A stretch of 64,000 nucleotides of DNA. It comes from Nemertoderma westbladi (lineage: Eukaryota; Animalia; Xenacoelomorpha). How positions within the stretch are numbered: the stretch's first letter is position 1; the number at the start of each line of letters is the position of its first letter. The stretch covers positions 1-64,000 of the forward strand of contig JAUCBJ010003043.1 in assembly GCA_032718475.1 (NCBI GenBank). The letters run 5' to 3'. The notes below the pieces were generated by a model. That model did no database searches, was not told the DNA's origin, and was given only the letters and a program-made list of their open reading frames with translations. The translations under genes were made by a program, and so were the position numbers. Below are positions 37,301 through 51,130 of this stretch, in pieces.

Positions 37301-40300
37301 AATGAAGAACGTAGAGGCATTCATAGTAAATGTATGGAGTAGGGAGAGAACGTAGAGGCATTCATAGTAAATGTATGGAGGAGGGAAAGAACGTAGAGGC
37401 ATTCATAGTAAATGTATGAAGGAGGGAATGAAGATCGTAGAGGCATTCATAGTAAATGTATGGAGGAGGGAATGAAGAACGTAGAGGCATTCATAGTAAA
37501 TGTATGGAGGAGGGAATGAAGAACGTAGAGGCATTCATAGTAAATGTATGGAGGAGGGAAAGAAGAACGTAGAGGCATTCATAGTAAATGTATGAAGGAG
37601 GGAAAGAACGTAGAGGCATTCATAGTAAATGTATGGAGTAGGGAATGAAGATCGTAGAGGCATTCATAGTAAATGTATGGAGTAGGGAAAGAACGTAGAG
37701 GCATTCATAGTAAATGTATGGAGTAGGGAAAGAACGTAGAGGCATTCATAGTAAATGTATGGAGTAGGGAAAGAACGTAGAGGCATTCATAGTAAATGTA
37801 TGGAGTAGGGAAAGAACGTAGAGGCATTCATAGTAAATGTATGTAGGAGGGAATGAAGAACGTAGAGGCATTCATAGTAAATGTATGGAGTAGGGAAAGA
37901 ACGTAGAGGCATTCATAGTAAATGTATGTAGGAGGGAATGAAGAACGTAGAGGCATTCATAGTAAATGTATGGAGTAGGGAAAGAACGTAGAGGCATTCA
38001 TAGTAAATGTATGTAGGAGGGAATGAAGAACGTAGAGGCATTCATAGTAAATGTATGGAGTAGGGAAAGAACGTAGAGGCATTCATAGTAAATGTATGGA
38101 GGAGGGAATGAAGAACGTAGAGGCATTCATAGTAAATGTATGGAGTAGGGAAAGAACGTAGAGGCATTCATAGTAAATGTATGTAGGAGGGAATGAAGAA
38201 CGTAGAGGCATTCATAGTAAATGTATGGAGTAGGGAAAGAACGTAGAGGCATTCATAGTAAATGTATGGAGGAGGGAATGAAGAACGTAGAGGCATTCAT
38301 AGTAAATGTATGGAGTAGGGAAAGAACGTAGAGGCATTCATAGTAAATGTATGTAGGAGGGAATGAAGAACGTAGAGGCATTCATAGTAAATGTATGGAG
38401 TAGGGAAAGAACGTAGAGGCATTCATAGTAAATGTATGTAGGAGGGAATGAAGAACGTAGAGGCATTCATAGTAAATGTATGGAGTAGGGAAAGAACGTA
38501 GAGGCATTCATAGTAAATGTATGGAGGAGGGAATGAAGAACGTAGAGGCATTCATAGTAAATGTATGAAGGAGGGAAAGATCGTAGAGGCATTCATAGTA
38601 AATGTATGGAGGAGGGAAAGAACGTAGAGGCATTCATAGTAAATGTATGGAGTAGGGAAAGAACGTAGAGGCATTCATAGTAAATGTATGTAGGAGGGAA
38701 TGAAGAACGTAGAGGCATTCATAGTAAATGTATGAAGGAGGGAATGAAGAACGTAGAGGCATTCATAGTAAATGTATGAAGGAGGGAATGAAGATCGTAG
38801 AGGCATTCATAGTAAATGTATGGAGGAGGGAAAGAACGTAGAGGCATTCATAGTAAATGTATGGAGTAGGGAAAGAACGTAGAGGCATTCATAGTAAATG
38901 TATGTAGGAGGGAATGAAGAACGTAGAGGCATTCATAGTAAATGTATGAAGGAGGGAATGAAGAACGTAGAGGCATTCATAGTAAATGTATGGAGGAGGG
39001 AAAGAACGTAGAGGCATTCATAGTAAATGTATGGAGGAGGGAAAGAAGAACGTAGAGGCATTCATAGTAAATGTATGAAGGAGGGAATGAAGATCGTAGA
39101 GGCATTCATAGTAAATGTATGGAGGAGGGAAAGAAGAACGTAGAGGCATTCATAGTAAATGTATGAAGGAGGGAATGAAGATCGTAGAGGCATTCATAGT
39201 AAATGTATGGAGGAGGGAATGAAGAACGTAGAGGCATTCATAGTAAATGTATGTAGGAGGGAATGAAGATCGTAGAGGCATTCATAGTAAATGTATGGAG
39301 TAGGGAATGAAGAACGTAGAGGCATTCATAGTAAATGTATGGAGTAGGGAAAGAAGAACGTAGAGGCATTCATAGTAAATGTATGGAGTAGGGAAAGAAC
39401 GTAGAGGCATTCATAGTAAATGTATGTAGGAGGGAATGAAGATCGTAGAGGCATTCATAGTAAATGTATGGAGGAGGGAATGAAGAACGTAGAGGCATTC
39501 ATAGTAAATGTATGTAGGAGGGAATGAAGAACGTAGAGGCATTCATAGTAAATGTATGAAGGAGGGAATGAAGATCGTAGAGGCATTCATAGTAAATGTA
39601 TGGAGTAGGGAGAGAACGTAGAGGCATTCATAGTAAATGTATGGAGGAGGGAAAGAAGAACGTAGAGGCATTCATAGTAAATGTATGAAGGAGGGAATGA
39701 AGATCGTAGAGGCATTCATAGTAAATGTATGTAGGAGGGAATGAAGATCGTAGAGGCATTCATAGTAAATGTATGGAGTAGGGAAAGAAGAACGTAGAGG
39801 CATTCATAGTAAATGTATGGAGGAGGGAAAGAAGAACGTAGAGGCATTCATAGTAAATGTATGGAGGAGGGAAAGAAGAACGTAGAGGCATTCATAGTAA
39901 ATGTATGAAGGAGGGAATGAAGATCGTAGAGGCATTCATAGTAAATGTATGTAGGAGGGAATGAAGATCGTAGAGGCATTCATAGTAAATGTATGGAGTA
40001 GGGAAAGAAGAACGTAGAGGCATTCATAGTAAATGTATGGAGGAGGGAAAGAAGAACGTAGAGGCATTCATAGTAAATGTATGTAGGAGGGAATGAAGAT
40101 CGTAGAGGCATTCATAGTAAATGTATGGAGGAGGGAATGAAGAACGTAGAGGCATTCATAGTAAATGTATGGAGTAGGGAAAGAAGATCGTAGAGGCATT
40201 CATAGTAAATGTATGAAGGAAGGAACGTAGAGGCATTCATAGTAAATGTATGGAGTAGGGAAAGAACGTAGAGGCATTCATAGTAAATGTATGAAGGAGG

Positions 40301-41199
40301 GAGAGAACGTAGAGGCATTCATAGTAAATGTATGGAGGAGGGAAAGAACGTAGAGGCATTCATAGTAAATGTATGGAGGAGGGAAAGAAGAACGTAGAGG
40401 CATTCATAGTAAATGTATGAAGGAAGGAACGTAGAGGCATTCATAGTAAATGTATGGAGTAGGGAAAGAAGATCGTAGAGGCATTCATAGTAAATGTATG
40501 AAGGAAGGAACGTAGAGGCATTCATAGTAAATGTATGGAGTAGGGAAAGAACGTAGAGGCATTCATAGTAAATGTATGAAGGAGGGAGAGAACGTAGAGG
40601 CATTCATAGTAAATGTATGGAGGAGGGAAAGAACGTAGAGGCATTCATAGTAAATGTATGGAGGAGGGAAAGAAGAACGTAGAGGCATTCATAGTAAATG
40701 TATGTAGGAATGAACGTAGAGGCATTCATAGTAAATGTATGGAGTAGGGAATGAAGAACGTAGAGGCATTCATAGTAAATGTATGGAGTAGGGAAAGAAG
40801 AACGTAGAGGCATTCATAGTAAATGTATGGAGTAGGGAAAGAACGTAGAGGCATTCATAGTAAATGTATGTAGGAGGGAATGAAGATCGTAGAGGCATTC
40901 ATAGTAAATGTATGGAGGAGGGAATGAAGAACGTAGAGGCATTCATAGTAAATGTATGGAGGAGGGAAAGAAGAACGTAGAGGCATTCATAGTAAATGTA
41001 TGAAGGAGGGAATGAAGATCGTAGAGGCATTCATAGTAAATGTATGGAGGAGGGAAAGAACGTAGAGGCATTCATAGTAAATGTATGGAGGAGGGAAAGA
41101 AGAACGTAGAGGCATTCATAGTAAATGTATGAAGGAGGGAATGAAGATCGTAGAGGCATTCATAGTAAATGTATGTAGGAGGGAATGAAGATCGTAGAG

Positions 41200-43250
41200 G
41201 CATTCATAGTAAATGTATGGAGGAGGGAATGAAGAACGTAGAGGCATTCATAGTAAATGTATGGAGTAGGGAAAGAAGAACGTAGAGGCATTCATAGTAA
41301 ATGTATGGAGGAGGGAAAGAAGAACGTAGAGGCATTCATAGTAAATGTATGTAGGAGGGAATGAAGATCGTAGAGGCATTCATAGTAAATGTATGGAGTA
41401 GGGAATGAAGAACGTAGAGGCATTCATAGTAAATGTATGGAGTAGGGAAAGAAGAACGTAGAGGCATTCATAGTAAATGTATGGAGTAGGGAAAGAAGAA
41501 CGTAGAGGCATTCATAGTAAATGTATGAAGGAGGGAAAGAAGAACGTAGAGGCATTCATAGTAAATGTATGGAGGAGGGAATGAAGAACGTAGAGGCATT
41601 CATAGTAAATGTATGGAGGAGGGAATGAAGAACGTAGAGGCATTCATAGTAAATGTATGGAGGAGGGAATGAAGAACGTAGAGGCATTCATAGTAAATGT
41701 ATGGAGGAGGGAATGAAGAACGTAGAGGCATTCATAGTAAATGTATGAAGGAAGGAACGTAGAGGCATTCATAGTAAATGTATGGAGTAGGGAAAGATCG
41801 TAGAGGCATTCATAGTAAATGTATGGAGGAGGGAAAGAACGTAGAGGCATTCATAGTAAATGTATGGAGTAGGGAAAGAAGAACGTAGAGGCATTCATAG
41901 TAAATGTATGGAGTAGGGAAAGAAGAACGTATAGGCATTCATAGTAAATGTATGAAGGAAGGAACGTAGAGGCATTCATAGTAAATGTATGGAGTAGGGA
42001 AAGATCGTAGAGGCATTCATAGTAAATGTATGGAGTAGGGAAAGAAGAACGTAGAGGCATTCATAGTAAATGTATGGAGTAGGGAAAGAAGAACGTAGAG
42101 GCATTCATAGTAAATGTATGAAGGAAGGAACGTAGAGGCATTCATAGTAAATGTATGGAGTAGGGAAAGATCGTAGAGGCATTCATAGTAAATGTATGGA
42201 GTAGGGAAAGAAGAACGTAGAGGCATTCATAGTAAATGTATGGAGGAGGGAATGAAGAACGTAGAGGCATTCATAGTAAATGTATGGAGTAGGGAAAGAA
42301 GAACGTAGAGGCATTCATAGTAAATGTATGGAGGAGGGAAAGAAGAACGTAGAGGCATTCATAGTAAATGTATGTAGGAGGGAATGAAGATCGTAGAGGC
42401 ATTCATAGTAAATGTATGGAGTAGGGAATGAAGAACGTAGAGGCATTCATAGTAAATGTATGGAGTAGGGAAAGAAGAACGTAGAGGCATTCATAGTAAA
42501 TGTATGGAGTAGGGAAAGAAGAACGTAGAGGCATTCATAGTAAATGTATGAAGGAGGGAAAGAAGAACGTAGAGGCATTCATAGTAAATGTATGGAGGAG
42601 GGAATGAAGAACGTAGAGGCATTCATAGTAAATGTATGGAGGAGGGAATGAAGAACGTAGAGGCATTCATAGTAAATGTATGGAGGAGGGAATGAAGAAC
42701 GTAGAGGCATTCATAGTAAATGTATGGAGGAGGGAATGAAGAACGTAGAGGCATTCATAGTAAATGTATGAAGGAAGGAACGTAGAGGCATTCATAGTAA
42801 ATGTATGGAGTAGGGAAAGATCGTAGAGGCATTCATAGTAAATGTATGGAGGAGGGAAAGAACGTAGAGGCATTCATAGTAAATGTATGGAGTAGGGAAA
42901 GAAGAACGTAGAGGCATTCATAGTAAATGTATGGAGTAGGGAAAGAAGAACGTATAGGCATTCATAGTAAATGTATGAAGGAAGGAACGTAGAGGCATTC
43001 ATAGTAAATGTATGGAGTAGGGAAAGATCGTAGAGGCATTCATAGTAAATGTATGGAGTAGGGAAAGAAGAACGTAGAGGCATTCATAGTAAATGTATGG
43101 AGTAGGGAAAGAAGAACGTAGAGGCATTCATAGTAAATGTATGAAGGAAGGAACGTAGAGGCATTCATAGTAAATGTATGGAGTAGGGAAAGATCGTAGA
43201 GGCATTCATAGTAAATGTATGGAGTAGGGAAAGAAGAACGTAGAGGCATT
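41200..43250 (+). repeat. 1023-bp tandem duplication inside the array
   Basis: The private variant CGTATAGGC occurs at ~41930 and ~42953. Identical artefactual ORFs are offset by 1023 nt (41644/42667, 41851/42874, 42017/43040). Confidence 0.85.
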
Positions 43251-45640
43251 CATAGTAAATGTATGAAGGAAGGAACGTAGAGGCATTCATAGTAAATGTA
43301 TGGAGTAGGGAAAGAAGAACGTAGAGGCATTCATAGTAAATGTATGAAGGAGGGAAAGAAGAACGTAGAGGCATTCATAGTAAATGTATGGAGTAGGGAA
43401 AGAAGAACGTAGAGGCATTCATAGTAAATGTATGAAGGAAGGAACGTAGAGGCATTCATAGTAAATGTATGGAGTAGGGAAAGATCGTAGAGGCATTCAT
43501 AGTAAATGTATGGAGTAGGGAAAGAAGAACGTAGAGGCATTCATAGTAAATGTATGGAGTAGGGAAAGAAGAACGTAGAGGCATTCATAGTAAATGTATG
43601 AAGGAAGGAACGTAGAGGCATTCATAGTAAATGTATGGAGTAGGGAAAGATCGTAGAGGCATTCATAGTAAATGTATGGAGTAGGGAAAGAAGAACGTAG
43701 AGGCATTCATAGTAAATGTATGAAGGAAGGAACGTAGAGGCATTCATAGTAAATGTATGGAGTAGGGAAAGAACGTGGAGGCATTCATAGTAAATGTATG
43801 GAGTAGGGAATGAAGAACGTAGAGGCATTCATAGTAAATGTATGAAGGAAGGAACGTAGAGGCATTCATAGTAAATGTATGTAGTAGGGAAAGAACGTAG
43901 AGGCATTCATAGTAAATGTATGGAGTAGGGAAAGAAGAACGTAGAGGCATTCATAGTAAATGTATGAAGGAAGGAACGTAGAGGCATTCATAGTAAATGT
44001 ATGGAGTAGGGAAAGATCGTAGAGGCATTCATAGTAAATGTATGGAGTAGGGAAAGAAGAACGTAGAGGCATTCATAGTAAATGTATGAAGGAAGGAACG
44101 TAGAGGCATTCATAGTAAATGTATGGAGTAGGGAAAGATCGTAGAGGCATTCATAGTAAATGTATGGAGTAGGGAAAGAAGAACGTAGAGGCATTCATAG
44201 TAAATGTATGGAGTAGGGAAAGAAGAACGTAGAGGCATTCATAGTAAATGTATGAAGGAAGGAACGTAGAGGCATTCATAGTAAATGTATGGAGTAGGGA
44301 AAGATCGTAGAGGCATTCATAGTAAATGTATGGAGTAGGGAAAGAAGAACGTAGAGGCATTCATAGTAAATGTATGGAGTAGGGAAAGAAGAACGTAGAG
44401 GCATTCATAGTAAATGTATGAAGGAAGGAACGTAGAGGCATTCATAGTAAATGTATGGAGTAGGGAAAGATCGTAGAGGCATTCATAGTAAATGTATGGA
44501 GTAGGGAAAGAAGAACGTAGAGGCATTCATAGTAAATGTATGAAGGAAGGAACGTAGAGGCATTCATAGTAAATGTATGGAGTAGGGAAAGAAGAACGTA
44601 GAGGCATTCATAGTAAATGTATGAAGGAGGGAAAGAAGAACGTAGAGGCATTCATAGTAAATGTATGGAGTAGGGAAAGAAGAACGTAGAGGCATTCATA
44701 GTAAATGTATGAAGGAAGGAACGTAGAGGCATTCATAGTAAATGTATGGAGTAGGGAAAGATCGTAGAGGCATTCATAGTAAATGTATGGAGTAGGGAAA
44801 GAAGAACGTAGAGGCATTCATAGTAAATGTATGGAGTAGGGAAAGAAGAACGTAGAGGCATTCATAGTAAATGTATGAAGGAAGGAACGTAGAGGCATTC
44901 ATAGTAAATGTATGTAGTAGGGAAAGAACGTAGAGGCATTCATAGTAAATGTATGGAGTAGGGAAAGAAGAACGTAGAGGCATTCATAGTAAATGTATGA
45001 AGGAAGGAACGTAGAGGCATTCATAGTAAATGTATGGAGTAGGGAAAGATCGTAGAGGCATTCATAGTAAATGTATGGAGTAGGGAAAGAAGAACGTAGA
45101 GGCATTCATAGTAAATGTATGGAGTAGGGAAAGAAGAACGTAGAGGCATTCATAGTAAATGTATGAAGGAAGGAACGTAGAGGCATTCATAGTAAATGTA
45201 TGTAGTAGGGAAAGAACGTAGAGGCATTCATAGTAAATGTATGGAGTAGGGAAAGAAGAACGTAGAGGCATTCATAGTAAATGTATGAAGGAAGGAACGT
45301 AGAGGCATTCATAGTAAATGTATGGAGTAGGGAAAGAACGTAGAGGCATTCATAGTAAATGTATGGAGTAGGGAAAGAAGAACGTAGAGGCATTCATAGT
45401 AAATGTATGAAGGAAGGAACGTAGAGGCATTCATAGTAAATGTATGGAGTAGGGAAAGAAGATCGTAGAGGCATTCATAGTAAATGTATGAAGGAAGGAA
45501 CGTAGAGGCATTCATAGTAAATGTATGGAGTAGGGAAAGAACGTAGAGGCATTCATAGTAAATGTATGGAGTAGGGAAAGAAGAACGTAGAGGCATTCAT
45601 AGTAAATGTATGAAGGAAGGAACGTAGAGGCATTCATAGT
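41850..45640 (+). repeat. Higher-order repeat domain of 122-bp trimers (41+44+37) and 166-bp tetramers (41+44+44+37)
   Basis: The TATGAAGGAAGGAA 37-mer recurs regularly, and ORF-track offsets of 122 (43622, 43744, 43866, 43988) and 166 (41851, 42017; 44151, 44317) match these periods. Confidence 0.85.
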
Positions 45641-48600
45641 AAATGTATGTAGGAGGGAATGAAGAACGTAGAGGCATTCATAGTAAATGTATGGAGTAGG
45701 GAAAGAACGTAGAGGCATTCATAGTAAATGTATGGAGTAGGGAAAGATCGTAGAGGCATTCATAGTAAATGTATGTAGGAATGAACGTAGAGGCATTCAT
45801 AGTAAATGTATGTAGGAGGGAAAGAACGTAGAGGCATTCATAGTAAATGTATGGAGGAGGGAATGAAGATCGTAGAGGCATTCATAGTAAATGTATGTAG
45901 GAAAGAACGTAGAGGCATTCATAGTAAATGTATGGAGGAGGGAATGAAGATCGTAGAGGCATTCATAGTAAATGTATGTAGGAATGAACGTAGAGGCATT
46001 CATAGTAAATGTATGTAGGAATGAACGTAGAGGCATTCATAGTAAATGTATGTAGGAAAGAACGTAGAGGCATTCATAGTAAATGTATGTAGGAATGAAC
46101 GTAGAGGCATTCATAGTAAATGTATGTAGGAAAGAACGTAGAGGCATTCATAGTAAATGTATGGAGTAGGGAAAGAACGTAGAGGCATTCATAGTAAATG
46201 TATGTAGGAAAGAACGTAGAGGCATTCATAGTAAATGTATGTAGGAATGAACGTAGAGGCATTCATAGTAAATGTATGTAGGAATGAACGTAGAGGCATT
46301 CATAGTAAATGTATGTAGGAATGAACGTAGAGGCATTCATAGTAAATGTATGTAGGAATGAACGTAGAGGCATTCATAGTAAATGTATGTAGGAATGAAC
46401 GTAGAGGCATTCATAGTAAATGTATGGAGTAGGGAAAGAACGTAGAGGCATTCATAGTAAATGTATGGAGTAGGGAAAGAACGTAGAGGCATTCATAGTA
46501 AATGTATGTAGGAATGAACGTAGAGGCATTCATAGTAAATGTATGTAGGAAAGAACGTAGAGGCATTCATAGTAAATGTATGGAGTAGGGAAAGAACGTA
46601 GAGGCATTCATAGTAAATGTATGTAGGAAAGAACGTAGAGGCATTCATAGTAAATGTATGTAGGAATGAACGTAGAGGCATTCATAGTAAATGTATGTAG
46701 GAATGAACGTAGAGGCATTCATAGTAAATGTATGTAGGAATGAACGTAGAGGCATTCATAGTAAATGTATGTAGGAATGAACGTAGAGGCATTCATAGTA
46801 AATGTATGTAGGAGGGAATGAACGTAGAGGCATTCATAGTAAATGTATGTAGGAATGAACGTAGAGGCATTCATAGTAAATGTATGTAGGAATGAACGTA
46901 GAGGCATTCATAGTAAATGTATGTAGGAATGAACGTAGAGGCATTCATAGTAAATGTATGTAGGAATGAACGTAGAGGCATTCATAGTAAATGTATGTAG
47001 GAAGGAACGTAGAGGCATTCATAGTAAATGAGTAGGGGGAGAACGTAGAGGCATTCATAGTAAATGAGTAGGGAAAGAACGTAGAGGCATTCATAGTAAA
47101 TGTATGTAGGAATGAACGTAGAGGCATTCATAGTAAATGTATGAAGGAGGGAATGAACGTAGAGGCATTCATAGTAAATGTATGGAGTAGGGAAAGAACG
47201 TAGAGGCATTCATAGTAAATGTATGGAGTAGGGAAAGAACGTAGAGGCATTCATAGTAAATGTATGTAGGAATGAACGTAGAGGCATTCATAGTAAATGT
47301 ATGTAGGAATGAACGTAGAGGCATTCATAGTAAATGTATGTAGGAAAGAACGTAGAGGCATTCATAGTAAATGTATGTAGGAAGGAACGTAGAGGCATTC
47401 ATAGTAAATGAGTAGGGGGAGAACGTAGAGGCATTCATAGTAAATGTATGGAGGAGGGAAAGATCGTAGAGGCATTCATAGTAAATGTATGGAGTAGGGA
47501 AAGAACGTAGAGGCATTCATAGTAAATGTATGGAGTAGGGAAAGAACGTAGAGGCATTCATAGTAAATGTATGTAGGAATGAACGTAGAGGCATTCATAG
47601 TAAATGTATGTAGGAATGAACGTAGAGGCATTCATAGTAAATGTATGTAGGAATGAACGTAGAGGCATTCATAGTAAATGTATGTAGGAATGAACGTAGA
47701 GGCATTCATAGTAAATGTATGTAGGAATGAACGTAGAGGCATTCATAGTAAATGTATGGAGTAGGGAAAGAACGTAGAGGCATTCATAGTAAATGTATGT
47801 AGGAATGAACGTAGAGGCATTCATAGTAAATGTATGTAGGAATGAACGTAGAGGCATTCATAGTAAATGTATGTAGGAATGAACGTAGAGGCATTCATAG
47901 TAAATGTATGTAGGAATGAACGTAGAGGCATTCATAGTAAATGTATGTAGGAATGAACGTAGAGGCATTCATAGTAAATGTATGTAGGAAAGAACGTAGA
48001 GGCATTCATAGTAAATGTATGTAGGAAGGAACGTAGAGGCATTCATAGTAAATGAGTAGGGGGAGAACGTAGAGGCATTCATAGTAAATGTATGGAGGAG
48101 GGAAAGATCGTAGAGGCATTCATAGTAAATGTATGGAGTAGGGAAAGAACGTAGAGGCATTCATAGTAAATGTATGGAGTAGGGAAAGAACGTAGAGGCA
48201 TTCATAGTAAATGTATGGAGTAGGAAGGAACGTAGAGGCATTCATAGTAAATGAGTAGGGGGAGAACGTAGAGGCATTCATAGTAAATGTATGTAGGAAT
48301 GAACGTAGAGGCATTCATAGTAAATGTATGGAGTAGGGAGAGAACGTAGAAGCATTCATAGTAAATGTATGGAGTAGGGAAAGAACGTAGAGGCATTCAT
48401 AGTAAATGTATGTAGGAATGAACGTAGAGGCATTCATAGTAAATGTATGTAGGAATGAACGTAGAGGCATTCATAGTAAATGTATGGAGTAGGGAAAGAA
48501 CGTAGAGGCATTCATAGTAAATGTATGTAGGAATGAACGTAGAGGCATTCATAGTAAATGTATGTAGGAAAGAACGTAGAGGCATTCATAGTAAATGTAT

Positions 48601-48799
48601 GTAGGAAGGAACGTAGAGGCATTCATAGTAAATGAGTAGGGGGAGAACGTAGAGGCATTCATAGTAAATGAGTAGGGGGAGAACGTAGAGGCATTCATAG
48701 TAAATGTATGTAGGAAGGAACGTAGAGGCATTCATAGTAAATGTATGTAGGAAGGAACGTAGAGGCATTCATAGTAAATGTATGGAGGAGGGAAAGAAC

Positions 48800-51130
48800 G
48801 TAGAGGCATTCATAGTAAATGAGGAGGGAGAGAACGTAGAGGCATTCATAGTAAATGAGTAGGGGGAGAACGTAGAGGCATTCATAGTAAGTGTATGGAG
48901 TAGGGAGAGAACGTAGAGGCATTCATAGTAAATGAGGAGGGAGAGAACGTAGAGGCATTCATAGTAAATGAGTAGGGGGAGAACGTAGAGGCATTCATAG
49001 TAAGTGTATGGAGTAGGGAGAGAACGTAGAGGCATTCATAGTAAATGAGGAGGGAGAGAACGTAGAGGCATTCATAGTAAATGAGTAGGGGGAGAACGTA
49101 GAGGCATTCATAGTAAGTGTATGGAGTAGGGAGAGAACGTAGAGGCATTCATAGTAAATGTATGGAGGAGGGAAAGAACGTAGAGGCATTCATAGTAAAT
49201 GAGTAGGGGGAGAACGTAGAGGCATTCATAGTAAGTGTATGGAGTAGGGAAAGAACGTAGAGGCATTCATAGTAAATGAGGAGGGAGAGAACGTAGAGGC
49301 ATTCATAGTAAATGAGTAGGGAGAGAACGTAGAGGCATTCATAGTAAATGAGTAGGGGGAGAACGTAGAGGCATTCATAGTAAGTGTATGGAGTAGGGAA
49401 AGAACGTAGAGGCATTCATAGTAAATGTATGTAGGAGGGAATGAAGAACGTAGAGGCATTCATAGTAAATGTATGGAGGAGGGAATGAAGAACGTAGAGG
49501 CATTCATAGTAAATGAGTAGGGGGAGAACGTAGAGGCATTCATAGTAAGTGTATGGAGTAGGAAGGAACGTAGAGGCATTCATAGTAAATGAGTAGGGGG
49601 AGAACGTAGAGGCATTCATAGTAAATGAGTAGGGGGAGAACGTAGAGGCATTCATAGTAAATGTATGTAGGAAAGAACGTAGAGGCATTCATAGTAAATG
49701 TATGGAGTAGGGAAAGAACGTAGAGGCATTCATAGTAAATGAGGAGGGAGAGAACGTAGAGGCATTCATAGTAAATGAGTAGGGGGAGAACGTAGAGGCA
49801 TTCATAGTAAGTGTATGGAGTAGGGAGAGAACGTAGAGGCATTCATAGTAAATGTATGGAGGAGGGAAAGAACGTAGAGGCATTCATAGTAAATGAGTAG
49901 GGGGAGAACGTAGAGGCATTCATAGTAAGTGTATGGAGTAGGGAAAGAACGTAGAGGCATTCATAGTAAATGAGGAGGGAGAGAACGTAGAGGCATTCAT
50001 AGTAAATGAGTAGGGGGAGAACGTAGAGGCATTCATAGTAAGTGTATGGAGTAGGGAGAGAACGTAGAGGCATTCATAGTAAGTGTATGGAGTAGGAAGG
50101 AACGTAGAGGCATTCATAGTAAATGAGGAGGGAGAGAACGTAGAGGCATTCATAGTAAGTGTATGGAGTAGGAAGGAACGTAGAGGCATTCATAGTAAAT
50201 GAGGAGGGAGAGAACGTAGAGGCATTCATAGTAAATGAGTAGGGGGAGAACGTAGAGGCATTCATAGTAAGTGTATGGAGTAGGGAGAGAACGTAGAGGC
50301 ATTCATAGTAAATGAGGAGGGAGAGAACGTAGAGGCATTCATAGTAAATGAGTAGGGGGAGAACGTAGAGGCATTCATAGTAAGTGTATGGAGTAGGGAG
50401 AGAACGTAGAGGCATTCATAGTAAATGAGGAGGGAGAGAACGTAGAGGCATTCATAGTAAATGAGTAGGGGGAGAACGTAGAGGCATTCATAGTAAGTGT
50501 ATGGAGTAGGGAGAGAACGTAGAGGCATTCATAGTAAATGAGGAGGGAGAGAACGTAGAGGCATTCATAGTAAATGAGTAGGGGGAGAACGTAGAGGCAT
50601 TCATAGTAAATGTATGGAGTAGGGAAAGAACGTAGAGGCATTCATAGTAAATGTATGGAGGAGGGAGAGAACGTAGAGGCATTCATAGTAAATGTATGTA
50701 GGAATGAACGTAGAGGCATTCATAGTAAATGAGTAGGGGGAGAACGTAGAGGCATTCATAGTAAATGAGTAGGGGGAGAACGTAGAGGCATTCATAGTAA
50801 ATGAGTAGGGGGAGAACGTAGAGGCATTCATAGTAAATGAGTAGGGGGAGAACGTAGAGGCATTCATAGTAAGTGTATGGAGTAGGGAAAGAACGTAGAG
50901 GCATTCATAGTAAATGTATGTAGGAGGGAATGAAGAACGTAGAGGCATTCATAGTAAATGTATGGAGGAGGGAATGAAGAACGTAGAGGCATTCATAGTA
51001 AATGAGTAGGGGGAGAACGTAGAGGCATTCATAGTAAGTGTATGGAGTAGGAAGGAACGTAGAGGCATTCATAGTAAATGAGTAGGGGGAGAACGTAGAG
51101 GCATTCATAGTAAATGAGTAGGGGGAGAAC
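48800..51130 (+). repeat. Higher-order repeat domain of 113-bp trimers (36+36+41) with the CATAGTAAGTG core variant
   Basis: The A>G core variant GTAAGTG was seen only at ~48890-51040. ORF-track offsets of 113 occur at 48769, 48882, 48995 and at 50262, 50375, 50488. Confidence 0.85.
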
